Shown one piece after another: positions 18,420 through 30,426 of a stretch of DNA of 64,000 nt. The DNA is taken from NCBI RefSeq assembly GCF_009914755.1, contig NC_060933.1; one strand, given 5' to 3'. The notes below the pieces were generated by a model. That model did not search any database and was not told the DNA's origin. It saw only the letters and a list, made by a program, of their open reading frames with translations. How positions within the stretch are numbered: position 1 is the first letter of the stretch; each line of letters begins with the position of its first letter. Origin of the DNA: the human T2T-CHM13v2.0 reference genome, Homo sapiens. The position numbers were made by a program, and so were the translations under genes.

Positions 18420-18780
18420 AGGAAGGAAGGGAGGAAGGAAGGAAGGAGGGAAGGGGAGGGGAGGGATGGAGAGAGGAAGGGAAGGAAGAAGGAAAGAATG
18501 GAGGGAGAAAAAAAGGAAGGGAGGGAAGAAGGAAAGAAGAAACAGGGAGGGAGTGAGTGGGGAGGGAAACAGGAAGAAAAGGAGGGTGAGAGGAAGAAGA
18601 GAGAGGAAGAGAGGAAGGAAGAAAGGGAGGGAAGGGGCAGGAAGGGAGGGAGGAGGAGCCAATGGGAAGGAAGGGAGAAAGGGAAGAGGGGAGGAAGACA
18701 GGAAGGAAGGGAGGGAGGAGAGGAGAAAGGAAGGGAGGGAGGTAGGAAGAGAGGGAAGGATGAAAAGAGGAAAAGAAAAA
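18420..18780 (+). repeat. Polypurine (GA-rich) low-complexity tract
   Basis: About 360 bp of almost exclusively A/G. Confidence 0.95.
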
Positions 18781-19294
18781 ATATGTTCTTTTCCTGGTTT
18801 CAGGAGCTCTATGAGGTTTTAAGCTAAAACAAAACAAACAAACAAAAAAAAAACACATAAGAACAGCATGACCTTGAAGCCCACAAATTGCCCAAATCCT
18901 TGTCCAACTCCACTGTTTGCAGAGCAGAGAGATGACACCCAGGCCTGGCCTGTATCATTCGAATCCTCTGCTCACTTTGCCTTAAAAACTGGTTTTGGTA
19001 GGAAGACCCTGGGTAAAGGTGGGTGCTGACTTTTCTAGAGAGGGCTGAGGAGACAAGCCTGAGGACTCAAACCTGCCAGAGGAAAAAGGCTCTAGGTATT
19101 ATTAACAGCAGTTGTACTATGAATTACATAATTGCTATTCTTCGAGCCTGCAGCCAAGTGCCAAGATTCCTCACACGAACCACGTGAAGAGGGCAACAAT
19201 ATCCCCACCTTACAGCTGGAAGAAAAAACAGCTCAGAAAGTGACCTGCTTTAAAAAAAGAAAGACGGCGATTTGCTGAAGGTCACAGAGTGCAT

Positions 19295-19498
19295 CCTGGA
19301 CTAGGATGAGACGGGAGAGGCACTCGCGTAAGGGGCAAAATCTAAGAGGCGCCAAAAAAACTCAGGAACCAAAACCAATGATATTTTAATACATTTTAAA
19401 AACCAAAATGTAAAAATTCATGATGGATAAAATATCAACATTTTAAATAACATCTTATGTGACCTGCCTCATCTCCTTCACCTTAGTCCCAGCCCTGG
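19295..19498. mobile_element. MER96B-like hAT DNA transposon relic
   Basis: Terminal similarity (ggactaggatgag...ccttagtcccagccctg) with an AT-rich interior like MER96B, from recall. Confidence 0.55.
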
Positions 19499-22400
19499 AT
19501 TCTAGAGTCTAGAGAATTTGAACTCAAGTCTGACCAATTCCGAGTCTGTCCTCAACAACCCCTGCCCATATGCTACCACTAGACCCAGCTATTCAGAAGC
19601 TTGAACAGCTCTAGTAGGAGCCCTGAGTTTAAGCCACCATTCATAAGGGAGGAAAGACCACTTTGGGATCATTCTCAAAAAGCTTTGGGCAGATTGCTCT
19701 GTGTGATTCTGCCTGGGGACCTCGGTGAGCAAAACCAGCAGAAACAACCCATTCGCTAGCTCCAGGGCTGAGAGGTGTTACGTGGAGAAGGAGGTGGGGC
19801 TAGGAGAAAGTTGCTAAGAGCCATGACCTAGCCAGGGTCTCAGGCCTGCCCAAGTCATTCCTGACCCAAAGCCAAACCCAAGCCAAGAGCCCCAGGTGGC
19901 GAAGAAGGACATGGATTCTACAGCCAGGTGGCTTCTGAACAAGCAGGGGGACTCTCCCACCCGCATCTCTCACTGCCATGTTCCAATGTTAATGCCTTTG
20001 TACCCAAGGGAAAGCCGAGGTCTGGGCAAGAGAGATGAGTTGTCCAGAGTGTGGGCAGTGCCAGAGCCTTCTGGAGGCTTCTTCATGCACCTGCCTGCCC
20101 TGCCCCTGGAGAAGAGCAACTGTGGTCGGCTCTGTGGGTATGGGTGGGAGGTCTTGGACCTGCTAGGGCTCTGAGTCCATCAAGAGGCTAAAGGTCTAAA
20201 AGAAAGCAACACCAAAGGACTGGGCAGGCAAGGACTGGAATTGGAAGCAAGAGATTTCAAGAGGAAGTGGGAAGCTGGGGGATGAGAGGAGTTGGGGTCC
20301 TGAAAAGAGAGCACAGAGAACACAGAACTTGGACACTGGGGTGGCAGTTCTGGCTCTTGGTTAAGACTGAGTGATCCTGGGGACCCCGGCCCTTGATGTA
20401 CCTTCATCACACTGATTTTATTTATTTATTTATTTTTTGAGGCCCCCAATGCACCCCTGCCAGTCCCTTGGGGAGGGGGCCAAGAATTGCTCAGGGTGGG
20501 GACCTGGGGCTGGGGAGAGGGGCCTGCCTCCTGCTGTGGGAACAGGGGCTCAGAGAAGTTGGGCATATTGCCGAGGCTCATCCCCAGCTCCTTTGGACCT
20601 GGAAGCCCTGATACCCCACGCAACCAACCAGGCCTCTTTCCCAAAGGTGGGAAAGTAGGGTGGACTCAGGGCCCCCTGGACGCTGAGTAAATTCCCAGCT
20701 AAACGAGAGCTCAGGTGAGCCCCCAAAAATCTCTTCCGCAGTGGACAGGGTGAGATGCAAGACCCACACCGATAATGGGAAAATCAGAGGAGGAGGCACC
20801 TGCATGGAGCTGGGAATCCCGAAATCGGAATAAAACGATGTTATTGAGAGAGGGCTAAATCCCAGAGTAAATTTCAAACGAAATAAATCGCACAGCACAT
20901 TTTAGATGATAATAGACGGCGGTAACTCAATACTAATGATAGTGTACTGACAACCCGCTAATAGTCTTGGGCTCCAAGAAGCCCGGCAAAACCGGCTGGG
21001 GCGGCAGGAGGTCCGGCTTTGGTGTTCTTTCCCACCGGGAGAGGTTGGAGCCACCCTCACTCCCGGCCGCTCTCAATCGATCGCAGCTCCCTTCGCTCCC
21101 AAGCTTCGCTTTCGCTGGGTCCGGGATCCAAATCCCAACCCAAGAGCCAAAGGCCAGAAAAGGCCCTGGCGTTGCCAGCTGCTTGTCGCCCTGGGGAGGG
21201 GCGGCTCCGGACCCGCCCGGGGCAGAGGAGGACAGAGCGGACGCTCTGGGGACCAGGCGGTCCCGCGCATGCTTGGCCAGGGGCATCGCCGTGGCTAACA
21301 GGGGGGTTGTGTGGTGGCGGGGGCTCGCCGTCGATCTAAGTGAGGATCTCGGTGCTCCGAGGAAGATGAGATTCCTCAGGGGATGCGGGCGCAGGCCTGG
21401 GAGGAGTGGGTGATGGGGAGGGAAGTGGGGTCTCCAGAGACGCCCAGAGCAGGAGCAAGGCCAGGCTGGGGACTGGACTGGAAGAGCCAGGGCAGCCGGC
21501 TCTCCTCGTGATTTATGGGCCCCTCCTCATCCACCAAACTGAAATGAGCTGCCGGCCCGGACCGCCGCGGGAGGTGCCCACTGCAGTGGCCGCCGCCGAT
21601 CCAGAGCCTGGGCCCCCGCCCTCCCGCCTCCCCGACAGCTTGCAGCCGAGCCGGGCCACTGTCCCCCGGGAGCCGCCCGTCCTCACCCCCAGCCCGGCCG
21701 GCGGCGGGGCCGCTTCCAATCTGCCGGCGGGCACAGGGGGAGAGCGCCGGGAGCCGGGCGCGGGGCCACCGCCGACCTAGCCCGAGGGAGGAGAAAGTTT
21801 TTGCTCCTCCCGACCACGCCAGGCTGCCCCCGGGAGAATTCTGCGTTTAGAGGGCATGCGGGTGCCTTACGATTTGCTGCGGTCTCGGTCGCTGAGCCCG
21901 ACGTAGGAGCCGGGGTAGTTTCCTGGGGGCTGGGGGTGGTGGCAGGGGCGTGCAGGCCGGGCTGGAAAGGCCTGGCTTCCCGAGCCTGCGGGGGGTAAAA
22001 GGACGCCTCTGACCCGCCCGACCTCGATGAAGGCGTTTGGGCTCCGCTCTGTCCGCCCTTTCCGCCGCAGACCCGGGTTGCGATCCCTGGGGCTGTGCAG
22101 AGAGGATCCAGGCCCGGGACACAGTTCGGATCTGCCCGCGGTCCTGGGCCCCAACGCCGGGGGCTGACCCTAGAAAGGCGCTGGACTGGAGCCCGTGACG
22201 GGGTGGGAAGGGCGAGGGGGCGCATGATTCACAATGAAAAGGCCACGTTTCCAGAGTTGCCTTGAAAATGCATCCCTGGACGAGCTCTGGCTCTGCGTGG
22301 AATAAGAAGCCGTTAGCAGGCGTCTACACTCGCACTCGGAAGCTCTTGCGTGGGTCCTGTTCAGAGGTACAACAGCACCGGCCCCCCAAGAGGTGCCCAT

Positions 22401-22734
22401 GGGAGAGGCCATAAGTGGGGGGTGGGCGGGTTACTGCCTTCTTTGTCCCTTGAGCTGCCTCCCTTGAGCCACACGGATTTCTCGAGGTCTCCCTAACGCC
22501 CCTGACAAGATCTTCCCAAGTCCTCCAACCTCGCCCTGAAGTGAAGCCATCGGTCTCGTCACTTCCCAGGAAGACACCTGGCTTTCCCCACTCCCGCCAG
22601 GCCCACAGGGTCCCAAGAGGCCAGAGAGACAGGACTGCAAATTGTCCTACATGGGAAACACCGAGAGCCCAACAGAAATGCCGCAAACAACATAACTTGA
22701 ATTTTCTTCCCCACACTAGAAAAGGGGTTCTCGA

Positions 22735-22738
22735 CGCG

Positions 22739-22786
<48 letters not shown>
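22735..22786 (+). repeat. (CG)6(CA)20 compound microsatellite
   Basis: Direct reading. Confidence 0.97.
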
Positions 22787-22788
<2 letters not shown>

Positions 22789-22999
22789 ACACTTCTTCCT
22801 CCGCTGGTTTTAGTCCCTTTCTGCTGCTGGAGGAAGAAAAACGGGGGAAGGAAAAAGGATCTACAATAGACCTGCCGACGAATAATTTGAATAACTGTGG
22901 GAAAGGGTCGGGGAACGCTAAAAAAAAAAAAAAAAAGCCCAGCGCACATCCCAGCCCACCGCAGCGCAGTCGGCTCGGCCCCCTCCCCTCCAGCCGTAC

Positions 23000-23240
23000 C
23001 CCCCTTGGCTAATCACCCTCATTAGGAGCTTCGTCACCGGCCTAATGAAAGCAAACCGTGTGGAAATCGCCGGTAAACAGTTGGGTCTGTGCTGTAATTA
23101 ATTCGGTGTCTCTTTTAATCAAACTGAAAGGGAATCGGGCAGCGGCTTGCGGAGCCGTGACATCACCCCCAAAATCGGCCAGAGCCAATCAGCGTCATCA
23201 CTCCGGGGACACGTGGGCGAGTCCCCTTAAAAAAACACAC
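23000..23240 (+). promoter_or_regulatory. BARHL1: BARHL1 proximal promoter
   Basis: Cluster of TAAT/ATTA sites, TGACATCA, CCAAT box (23185-23189), CGTCA half-CRE, CACGTG E-box (23210-23215) and TATA-like CTTAAAA at the edge of a CpG island. Confidence 0.65.
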
Positions 23241-23378
23241 ACAACACAACGAAAAAAAAGAAACAACAAAAAAAAACCCAGACCCAAAGTAAAAGTGACA
23301 CAAGTTCATTTTTTAAAGGAAGGGGGGGAGGAGAAGGCGCGCGCGGACCGGCAGAGAGCTGCCGCCGAGGAGCAGGGA

Positions 23379-23399
23379 GGCGCTGTCCACGGTGCTGAC
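23379..23399 (-). promoter_or_regulatory. RE1/NRSE (REST site) 1
   Basis: Reverse complement GTCAGCACCGTGGACAGCGCC versus consensus TTCAGCACCnnGGACAGCGCC. Confidence 0.92.
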
Positions 23400-23476
23400 G
23401 GGCCCCCGGAGCGGCGAGGGCGCGGAGAGAGGACCTCCCCGGCCAGGTGGAGAGTCATGAGCCGCGGGCAGCCGCC

Positions 23477-23497
23477 GCCGCTCTCCGCGGTGCTGAT
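23477..23497 (-). promoter_or_regulatory. RE1/NRSE (REST site) 2
   Basis: Reverse complement ATCAGCACCGCGGAGAGCGGC. Confidence 0.8.
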
Positions 23498-23545
23498 GCC
23501 GCCAGGTGCGCTCCTTTCCGCCCGCTGCTAGCGCGGCCCGGGCCC

Positions 23546-23566
23546 GCAGCTATCTGCGGTGCTGAC
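23546..23566 (-). promoter_or_regulatory. RE1/NRSE (REST site) 3, more degenerate
   Basis: Reverse complement GTCAGCACCGCAGATAGCTGC. Confidence 0.65.
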
Positions 23567-24001
23567 CTGGCCACCCTCAGCCACCACTTGCCTGGAAGAA
23601 GCGTGCGGTTTGGATTTTTAAAACGCCATTCTTTATTTAGATTCCAACATCCTCGCGTTTCTTCTGTGCCAAGGGGGCCCTCGGGCCGTCCGTCTCCCCC
23701 TTTGCTCTCCCCAACTTGGCGCGCCCTCCCTCCCATTCCTCCCTGACACTCCCACCACCCCCCCTCGGCTCGGCGGCTCGGCGCGATGCTGCAGAAGACG
23801 CACTGAGCCCTTTTGGATCTAATGCGCAGAGGAGGTTGGCCCAGAGCTCCCGGGCTCCCCCAAGGCTGAACTCCGTCCAAGGTGCCCGCAGGCTCCCTGC
23901 CCGCCTTCCCCATGCCAGCCCGCAGCTAGGGGCAGGGGCAGCGGCGGCTGGGGTTGGGGGTGGGTGGGGAGCTTTTGGGGAGGACAGGTCGCAGCTTGGC
24001 T

Positions 24002-24467
24002 ATGGAAGGCTCCAATGGCTTTGGGATCGACTCCATTCTCTCCCACCGCGCGGGCAGCCCCGCCCTTCCCAAGGGGGACCCCTTGCTCGGGGACTGCCGT
24101 TCGCCCCTGGAGCTGAGTCCACGCTCAGAGAGCAGCAGCGACTGCTCTTCGCCAGCCTCTCCAGGAAGGGACTGTTTGGAGACGGGGACCCCACGGCCTG
24201 GCGGGGCATCCGGCCCAGGTTTGGACTCCCACCTGCAGCCCGGGCAGCTCTCAGCCCCGGCCCAGTCGCGCACCGTCACCTCCTCCTTTCTGATCAGGGA
24301 CATCCTTGCCGACTGCAAACCACTCGCGGCCTGTGCACCCTACTCTAGCAGCGGGCAGCCGGCAGCCCCTGAGCCTGGGGGCCGCCTTGCGGCCAAGGCC
24401 GCGGAGGACTTTAGAGACAAGCTGGACAAAAGTGGCAGCAACGCCTCATCGGACTCTGAGTATAAAG
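24002..24467 (+). CDS. BARHL1: BARHL1 coding exon 1 (MEGSNGFGIDSIL...SDSEYK), with two FIL/eh1 Groucho-binding motifs
   Basis: ATG at 24002; motifs FGIDSIL and FLIRDIL; donor AAG|GTAAGA at 24468; 466 nt, phase 1. Confidence 0.97.
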
Positions 24468-25326
24468 GTAAGAAAGCAGGAGGTGAAAACTTGGGGGGAT
24501 GCTATGTATCTAAAAACTGACATTTAAAAGGAATACACATGGCGGGACATGCACTCGCTCACCTGGGGGCTCCCCCAGGGCTCAGGTTGAGCAGTGGTTC
24601 TCCTCAGAACATTTCAGCCAGTCCTGTGGTTATGCCTTTGAGCAACAAAGAGTCTGGTGGAGACAGTGTGGGCAGGGGAGGGATACTGCGTGCCCGAGAG
24701 GAGATTTCCCCAAAATGCACAAAGCAAACTTTCTAAACTTCGACTGGGACCCCTGCCCTTCCAGCAGTGCTGGTGGACAGGAGCAGGTCCCAATCAGGCC
24801 AGTGGCTCTCTAGGAAGAAACCGTGCAGAAGCAATGGAAGACTGAAAGGGTTCTGCTTTATAGAGTGAAAATACAGCAGAAAAATTTCAGCTGGAGCCCT
24901 GAGAACCGTCAGAATTTTCTGCCTTTTAATCTACATTTCCAGACAGGAAGAAAAACAGGGCTTTTCCTCCCAATGGGCCCAGTGTGATCCGGGTTCTGTG
25001 AGTCATGAAAAGAGGCACTCACTTCAAAGCAGAAACCTCAGCCAGGAAGCTGCCTGGGAGCAGGTCAGGGGGCTAGTGCAGAGGGCAGTACCCTGCACCC
25101 ACCCCCCAATGGCTCTCATTGAATTTGATTTTAAGTGCCTTGAGCAACCAACTCCGGGTTTTATGCAAGTTCCAGGGATTCCTGAGTAACCAGCCTTTTC
25201 TCCCGCTACACTGGGGTTGTTGCCCCTCCACTTTTCTTTTTACCTCTATGAATCTTCGTTGTTGTTTGTTCCATTTTCATCCCATCGTAACCAAGGAGAT
25301 GAGATCAGGGTTAAAAGGAAAGGGAG

Positions 25327-25370
25327 AAGGAAGGAAGGAAGGAAGGAAGGAAGGAAGGAAGGAAGGAAGG
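25327..25370 (+). repeat. (AAGG)11 microsatellite in BARHL1 intron 1
   Basis: Direct reading. Confidence 0.97.
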
Positions 25371-27649
25371 GAAAGGGAAGAAGAAAAAAAAAGAATTCCC
25401 TAATTTTGTTTCTGACCCCCAGTCACTACCTCGACTTTAGCTGTTTTTCAAAGCCAGAGGCACAAAGTTCTTTCTAAGGGAGAAGTCAAGGGGCAGAAGG
25501 TGAAGAGGAGTATGAGGGCTTCATGGGAGACAGCCCCACGTCCCCATCTAGCAGATCACTGGGAGTGGGCAGAGGCTGTTCAGAGCTCTTTCAAGCACAT
25601 AATTGATTCCCAGAAATCTTTTCAAGAGACAAAATTTCCCTGTAAGGGCAACTTCTTTATTGTCTTGCCCCCTCCCCCAACACCCCCACCCCACCCCCAG
25701 CGCCATACTTCCTGGTCCCTATTTGGACCAAGTCTTCCCAAAATTTTAGGAAGGCTCATTTAACACTCTCCTCCCAACCAAGAATTCGTTTGTGGATATG
25801 TCCTGACTCCAAACCGAAATTCATCGGTCCGACTGCACATCCCATTTTCTTGATTTCCCCCACACAAATGGCCGAGCCTCCTTCAGCCAGGCTGTGCCGA
25901 CCATGCCTGGAAAGTAGGCAGGTTTAACGGAGCGGCCAGGAGGAGATCCAGAGGCATGCGGGTGTCCCCAGGCCCGGGCCCAGTGGTCCTTGCTCCTCCC
26001 CCGGGGGGCCTGCTTAGAGAGGCAAAGAAAACTTGCGCTGGAGAGAGACTGGCATGGAGAAGGGGGAGGAGGAAGGAGGGGGAAGTCAATGTAAATATAT
26101 ATTCATAACATCATGGTTATTATTTACCATTTGCAACAAGAACGGCCCCGCTTTAGTTAGAGCAAAGAGCACGAATCTTCCACCGCCCATGCTAATGGCT
26201 GGAACTGGAGATAGTGAGGCCCTTGCCTCCTTTTATTTATTTGCCCCCAGGAAGGATTTTGAGGACAGGTTTCGTTTAAGATAATTAGAATATCAATTTT
26301 CTTCTCCTGTCTCTGAGGATATCTGATCGGGAGGTGACGAGGGCCGGCTGTCTACATATCGCTTAAATAGGTTTGGAGCGAAGGGGGTAGAAGGTCTTGC
26401 CCAACCCCCACCCCAGGTGTTGCTGCCTTTGCCCCTAGTGAAAAAAGGAGCAGGGTCAGGCAGCGAGGCCTTGTCTGGAGCGTTTCTCAAACGTGGAGGG
26501 GACCTTTTCAGAGCTGAGAAACAGACACCCTGAGCCAGTCCGTGGAGCATTTAAGCTGGTCTACTCTCCAGCCGCCTTCCAAGCTGAGTCATTTCCTCCA
26601 AGGAGGGCATGGGGGAAGGTCAGCCTCATCCCAAGTTTCTGCTATCAAAGGCTCTTCAAACAATATTTATTTGATAATATTTAAAGAAGCCAAAACTCGG
26701 CTTTGAAGTAAGGTGGTCGGCGACACTAGCGGCTGGATCCAAGGTCCAGGGAGAACCCAAACCAGAGTTTTGTTCCCAGCAGGCAGGGTCGGTGAATGGG
26801 CCTGGAACTCGGGGACACTGAGATGTAGCCTCTAGAATCAGAGTCTGGGAAGCCAGTACCCCCTGGGCTGAGCCTATCCAAGAGGAGGCCAAGGCAGAGT
26901 GGGCACAGAACCTGCATTCAAAGGCTCCAGTCCACGCTGGAGGGGGAACAGAAGAAAAGCCCCAGTAGCTGACCCATTCTTCCTGACACCACAAACTGAA
27001 TACCTCCCGACCTCCAACGCAGACCTCGTCCCTGAGAAGCGGGGGATTTTCATTAAGTAGCCCAGGCAATTTGGTCAAAAAGTAAGAGTTCTATGATATC
27101 AAGTTTGAGATTTGGATGATCGTTTCCTCAAACTTATTTAAACTATCTGTCTGCACAGACAGAACTCAAGTCCCCCTATTCCAACACATATCCTTCTCCA
27201 TGCCCAAATATGGGGAGCCCACAGGGCAGGGAGAGCCTGGTGCCAGCCTGGAGGAGGCAGGTGGAAAGCCTTAGCGGGCTGCCGTTTCTCCTCTGCACTC
27301 TCCTGGCTCACCAGGCTGGATGCCAGGCCCTCCTTGCAGCGAAGCGCTGCCTTTTCAGTTGAAAAGTCTCGATCCCTAACGGCTCAATTAACCGGATTAT
27401 TGTTTCCTACAGAGAGAAATCACCTTGCATTCAGCTGAACCCCGTCACTGCAAACGCCACGCACAATGAAACTCCACCATAAAAGAAAACAGAGAAAAAA
27501 GGGAGTAGGTTGGGGGAAAGCCCCAGTCTGAGCCGCCAATTTTGGGGAAGTGGTCTAGCTGGTTATATAATCGCTTTAGAGGGAGAAGGAGGGTGAGCAT
27601 TGAGCTTGTTCGATTAAGTGTTTTCTGTGCAGTCAAAGCCGAACGAAAG

Positions 27650-28790
<1,141 letters not shown>

Positions 28791-30119
28791 CCCCTTTCCT
28801 CACAGCTCCTGGAGGGGACCAGGAGTCTACAGGTTGGTGCTAAGGGAGGGCCCCAGAGCCTCCCCCATTCTGTAAAAGTGGGAAACTGAGTCCCTAAGGG
28901 GACAAGGCCTTGCCCAAAGTCCCCACAGCGAGGGACAGAGATGAGACTAGACTTGGTGTCCAGCGTCCAGTCAGCCCTCCCCCGGATGGGTGGACAGACA
29001 CATAGGCCACTGAAAATCCAAGTCCTGCCCCAGCTCAGCCGGAGTGGGGGGAGGTCTGCCTGGAGCCCCCACCTGAGCCAGCGTGGGTCTTGGAAGCCCC
29101 AGGCCCTTGGAGGGGTGACAGTCTTGATGCCCAGGAAGCCTGTGAAGAGGACGGCCAGGCAGTGGCCCTTGGGGTGTTGAAGCCTGGCCCAGACCGGGCA
29201 GCTGCCGCAGGGGCCTCAGAGTTTCTGTGAGGCTCTTCAGGCCTCCCCAGCCTTTCTGGTCCCAAAACCCGAGGGGGGAACTGGCCAAGCCCTTGTTCCT
29301 TGGGGACAGGGTGACTGGGAAGTGGGTGTTGGGGCACCGGACTTGAACTCGTTTCCTAATTTCCCTCCCGAACACACTCACCAGACGTAGATGCAAATGT
29401 ACAAACACAGAGGCATCCACACACTCAACCCAAATAGCCACACACCGACACACACATCAATACAACTTGCAGTCACACACGCACGCACGCTCAGCCCCAC
29501 AGTCACTCGCACGCTCTTAGCAGAGGCAGGAATGGTGCTTTTCATAAACAAGCCTCAGAACACATCGCCCCATTAATAATAAATACTGATTACTGCTCCG
29601 GGCATCAATAATTAAGGCCTGTTACAGTAATTACACAATTATGATGATGATGAATAATTCAGGGAGGGAAACAGGGCTGGTGTGGCTGAGCCCACCTTAG
29701 TGGGACCCTGGCTGGTCCGCCTAGCCTCACCTGCAGGTGAGCCTAGGGTCCAGGCCTGACTTCTCCAAACCCCAGGCCGTTGGCTGGCCAAGGCCTCTGG
29801 ACTTTGGGGCCAGACAGTGCGCAGGGCTCGCAGTGCGAGCCCTGGAGGATGGCAGGTGCAGCCTGCTCCAGCCGGCAGGGCGTGCGAGCCGGGAGCGGGT
29901 CCTCTCCGGTTGCCATTTCAGGCCTGCTCGCTTCTGCTAGCTTGCAGCCCGGCCAGCCTGCAGAGGAATCAATCGCATTCCCTTCCCTGAAGAGCACCCC
30001 CCCATCCCCTCAGGCCTCTCCAGGGTGATCCTACCTTCATAAAGAGGCACGCGCAGGGAGGAGCACCCCCTACCCAGCTCCAAGGGTTCGTTCTGCGATC
30101 TCCTGGGCAGGGTAAGGCG

Positions 30120-30310
30120 CAGTTAGAGCCGGGCTTTGGGGTCAGACAGCAGGGCTTAAAACCCAGGCTCCTTTTTGAAAACCGGCCCAGACCTCAGTTT
30201 TCCTCTCTGTAAAGTGGGGTAAGAGCCACGGAAGGCCGGTGGAAGATAAAAGGAGAGGATGCACGTAAGGCGTGCGATGGTGCCTGGCACTCGGTTATTT
30301 ATTAACAAAT
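30120..30310 (+). mobile_element. MIR in BARHL1 intron 2
   Basis: MIR core cctcagttttcctctctgtaaagtgggg and tail gtgcctggcac. Confidence 0.65.
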
Positions 30311-30426
30311 GAGTACGATCCCTCTTGGCCTCCCTACAGGCTCTCTGGGCCAAGCAGTGGGGAGGGGCTGGGGTCGCTGGATGCCCTAGCCCTGATCCCG
30401 CCATACGCGTTTATTTCGGCCCCCAG

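Larger units (their letters stand above)
20950..24450. other. CpG island(s) over the BARHL1 upstream region, promoter and exon 1
   Basis: Very high GC and CpG density by inspection; boundaries approximate. Confidence 0.85.

Noticed and set aside
18271-18858. Long R/G/E/K-rich and P/S/L/F-rich ORFs
   Set aside because: Artefacts of the stop-free polypurine tract.
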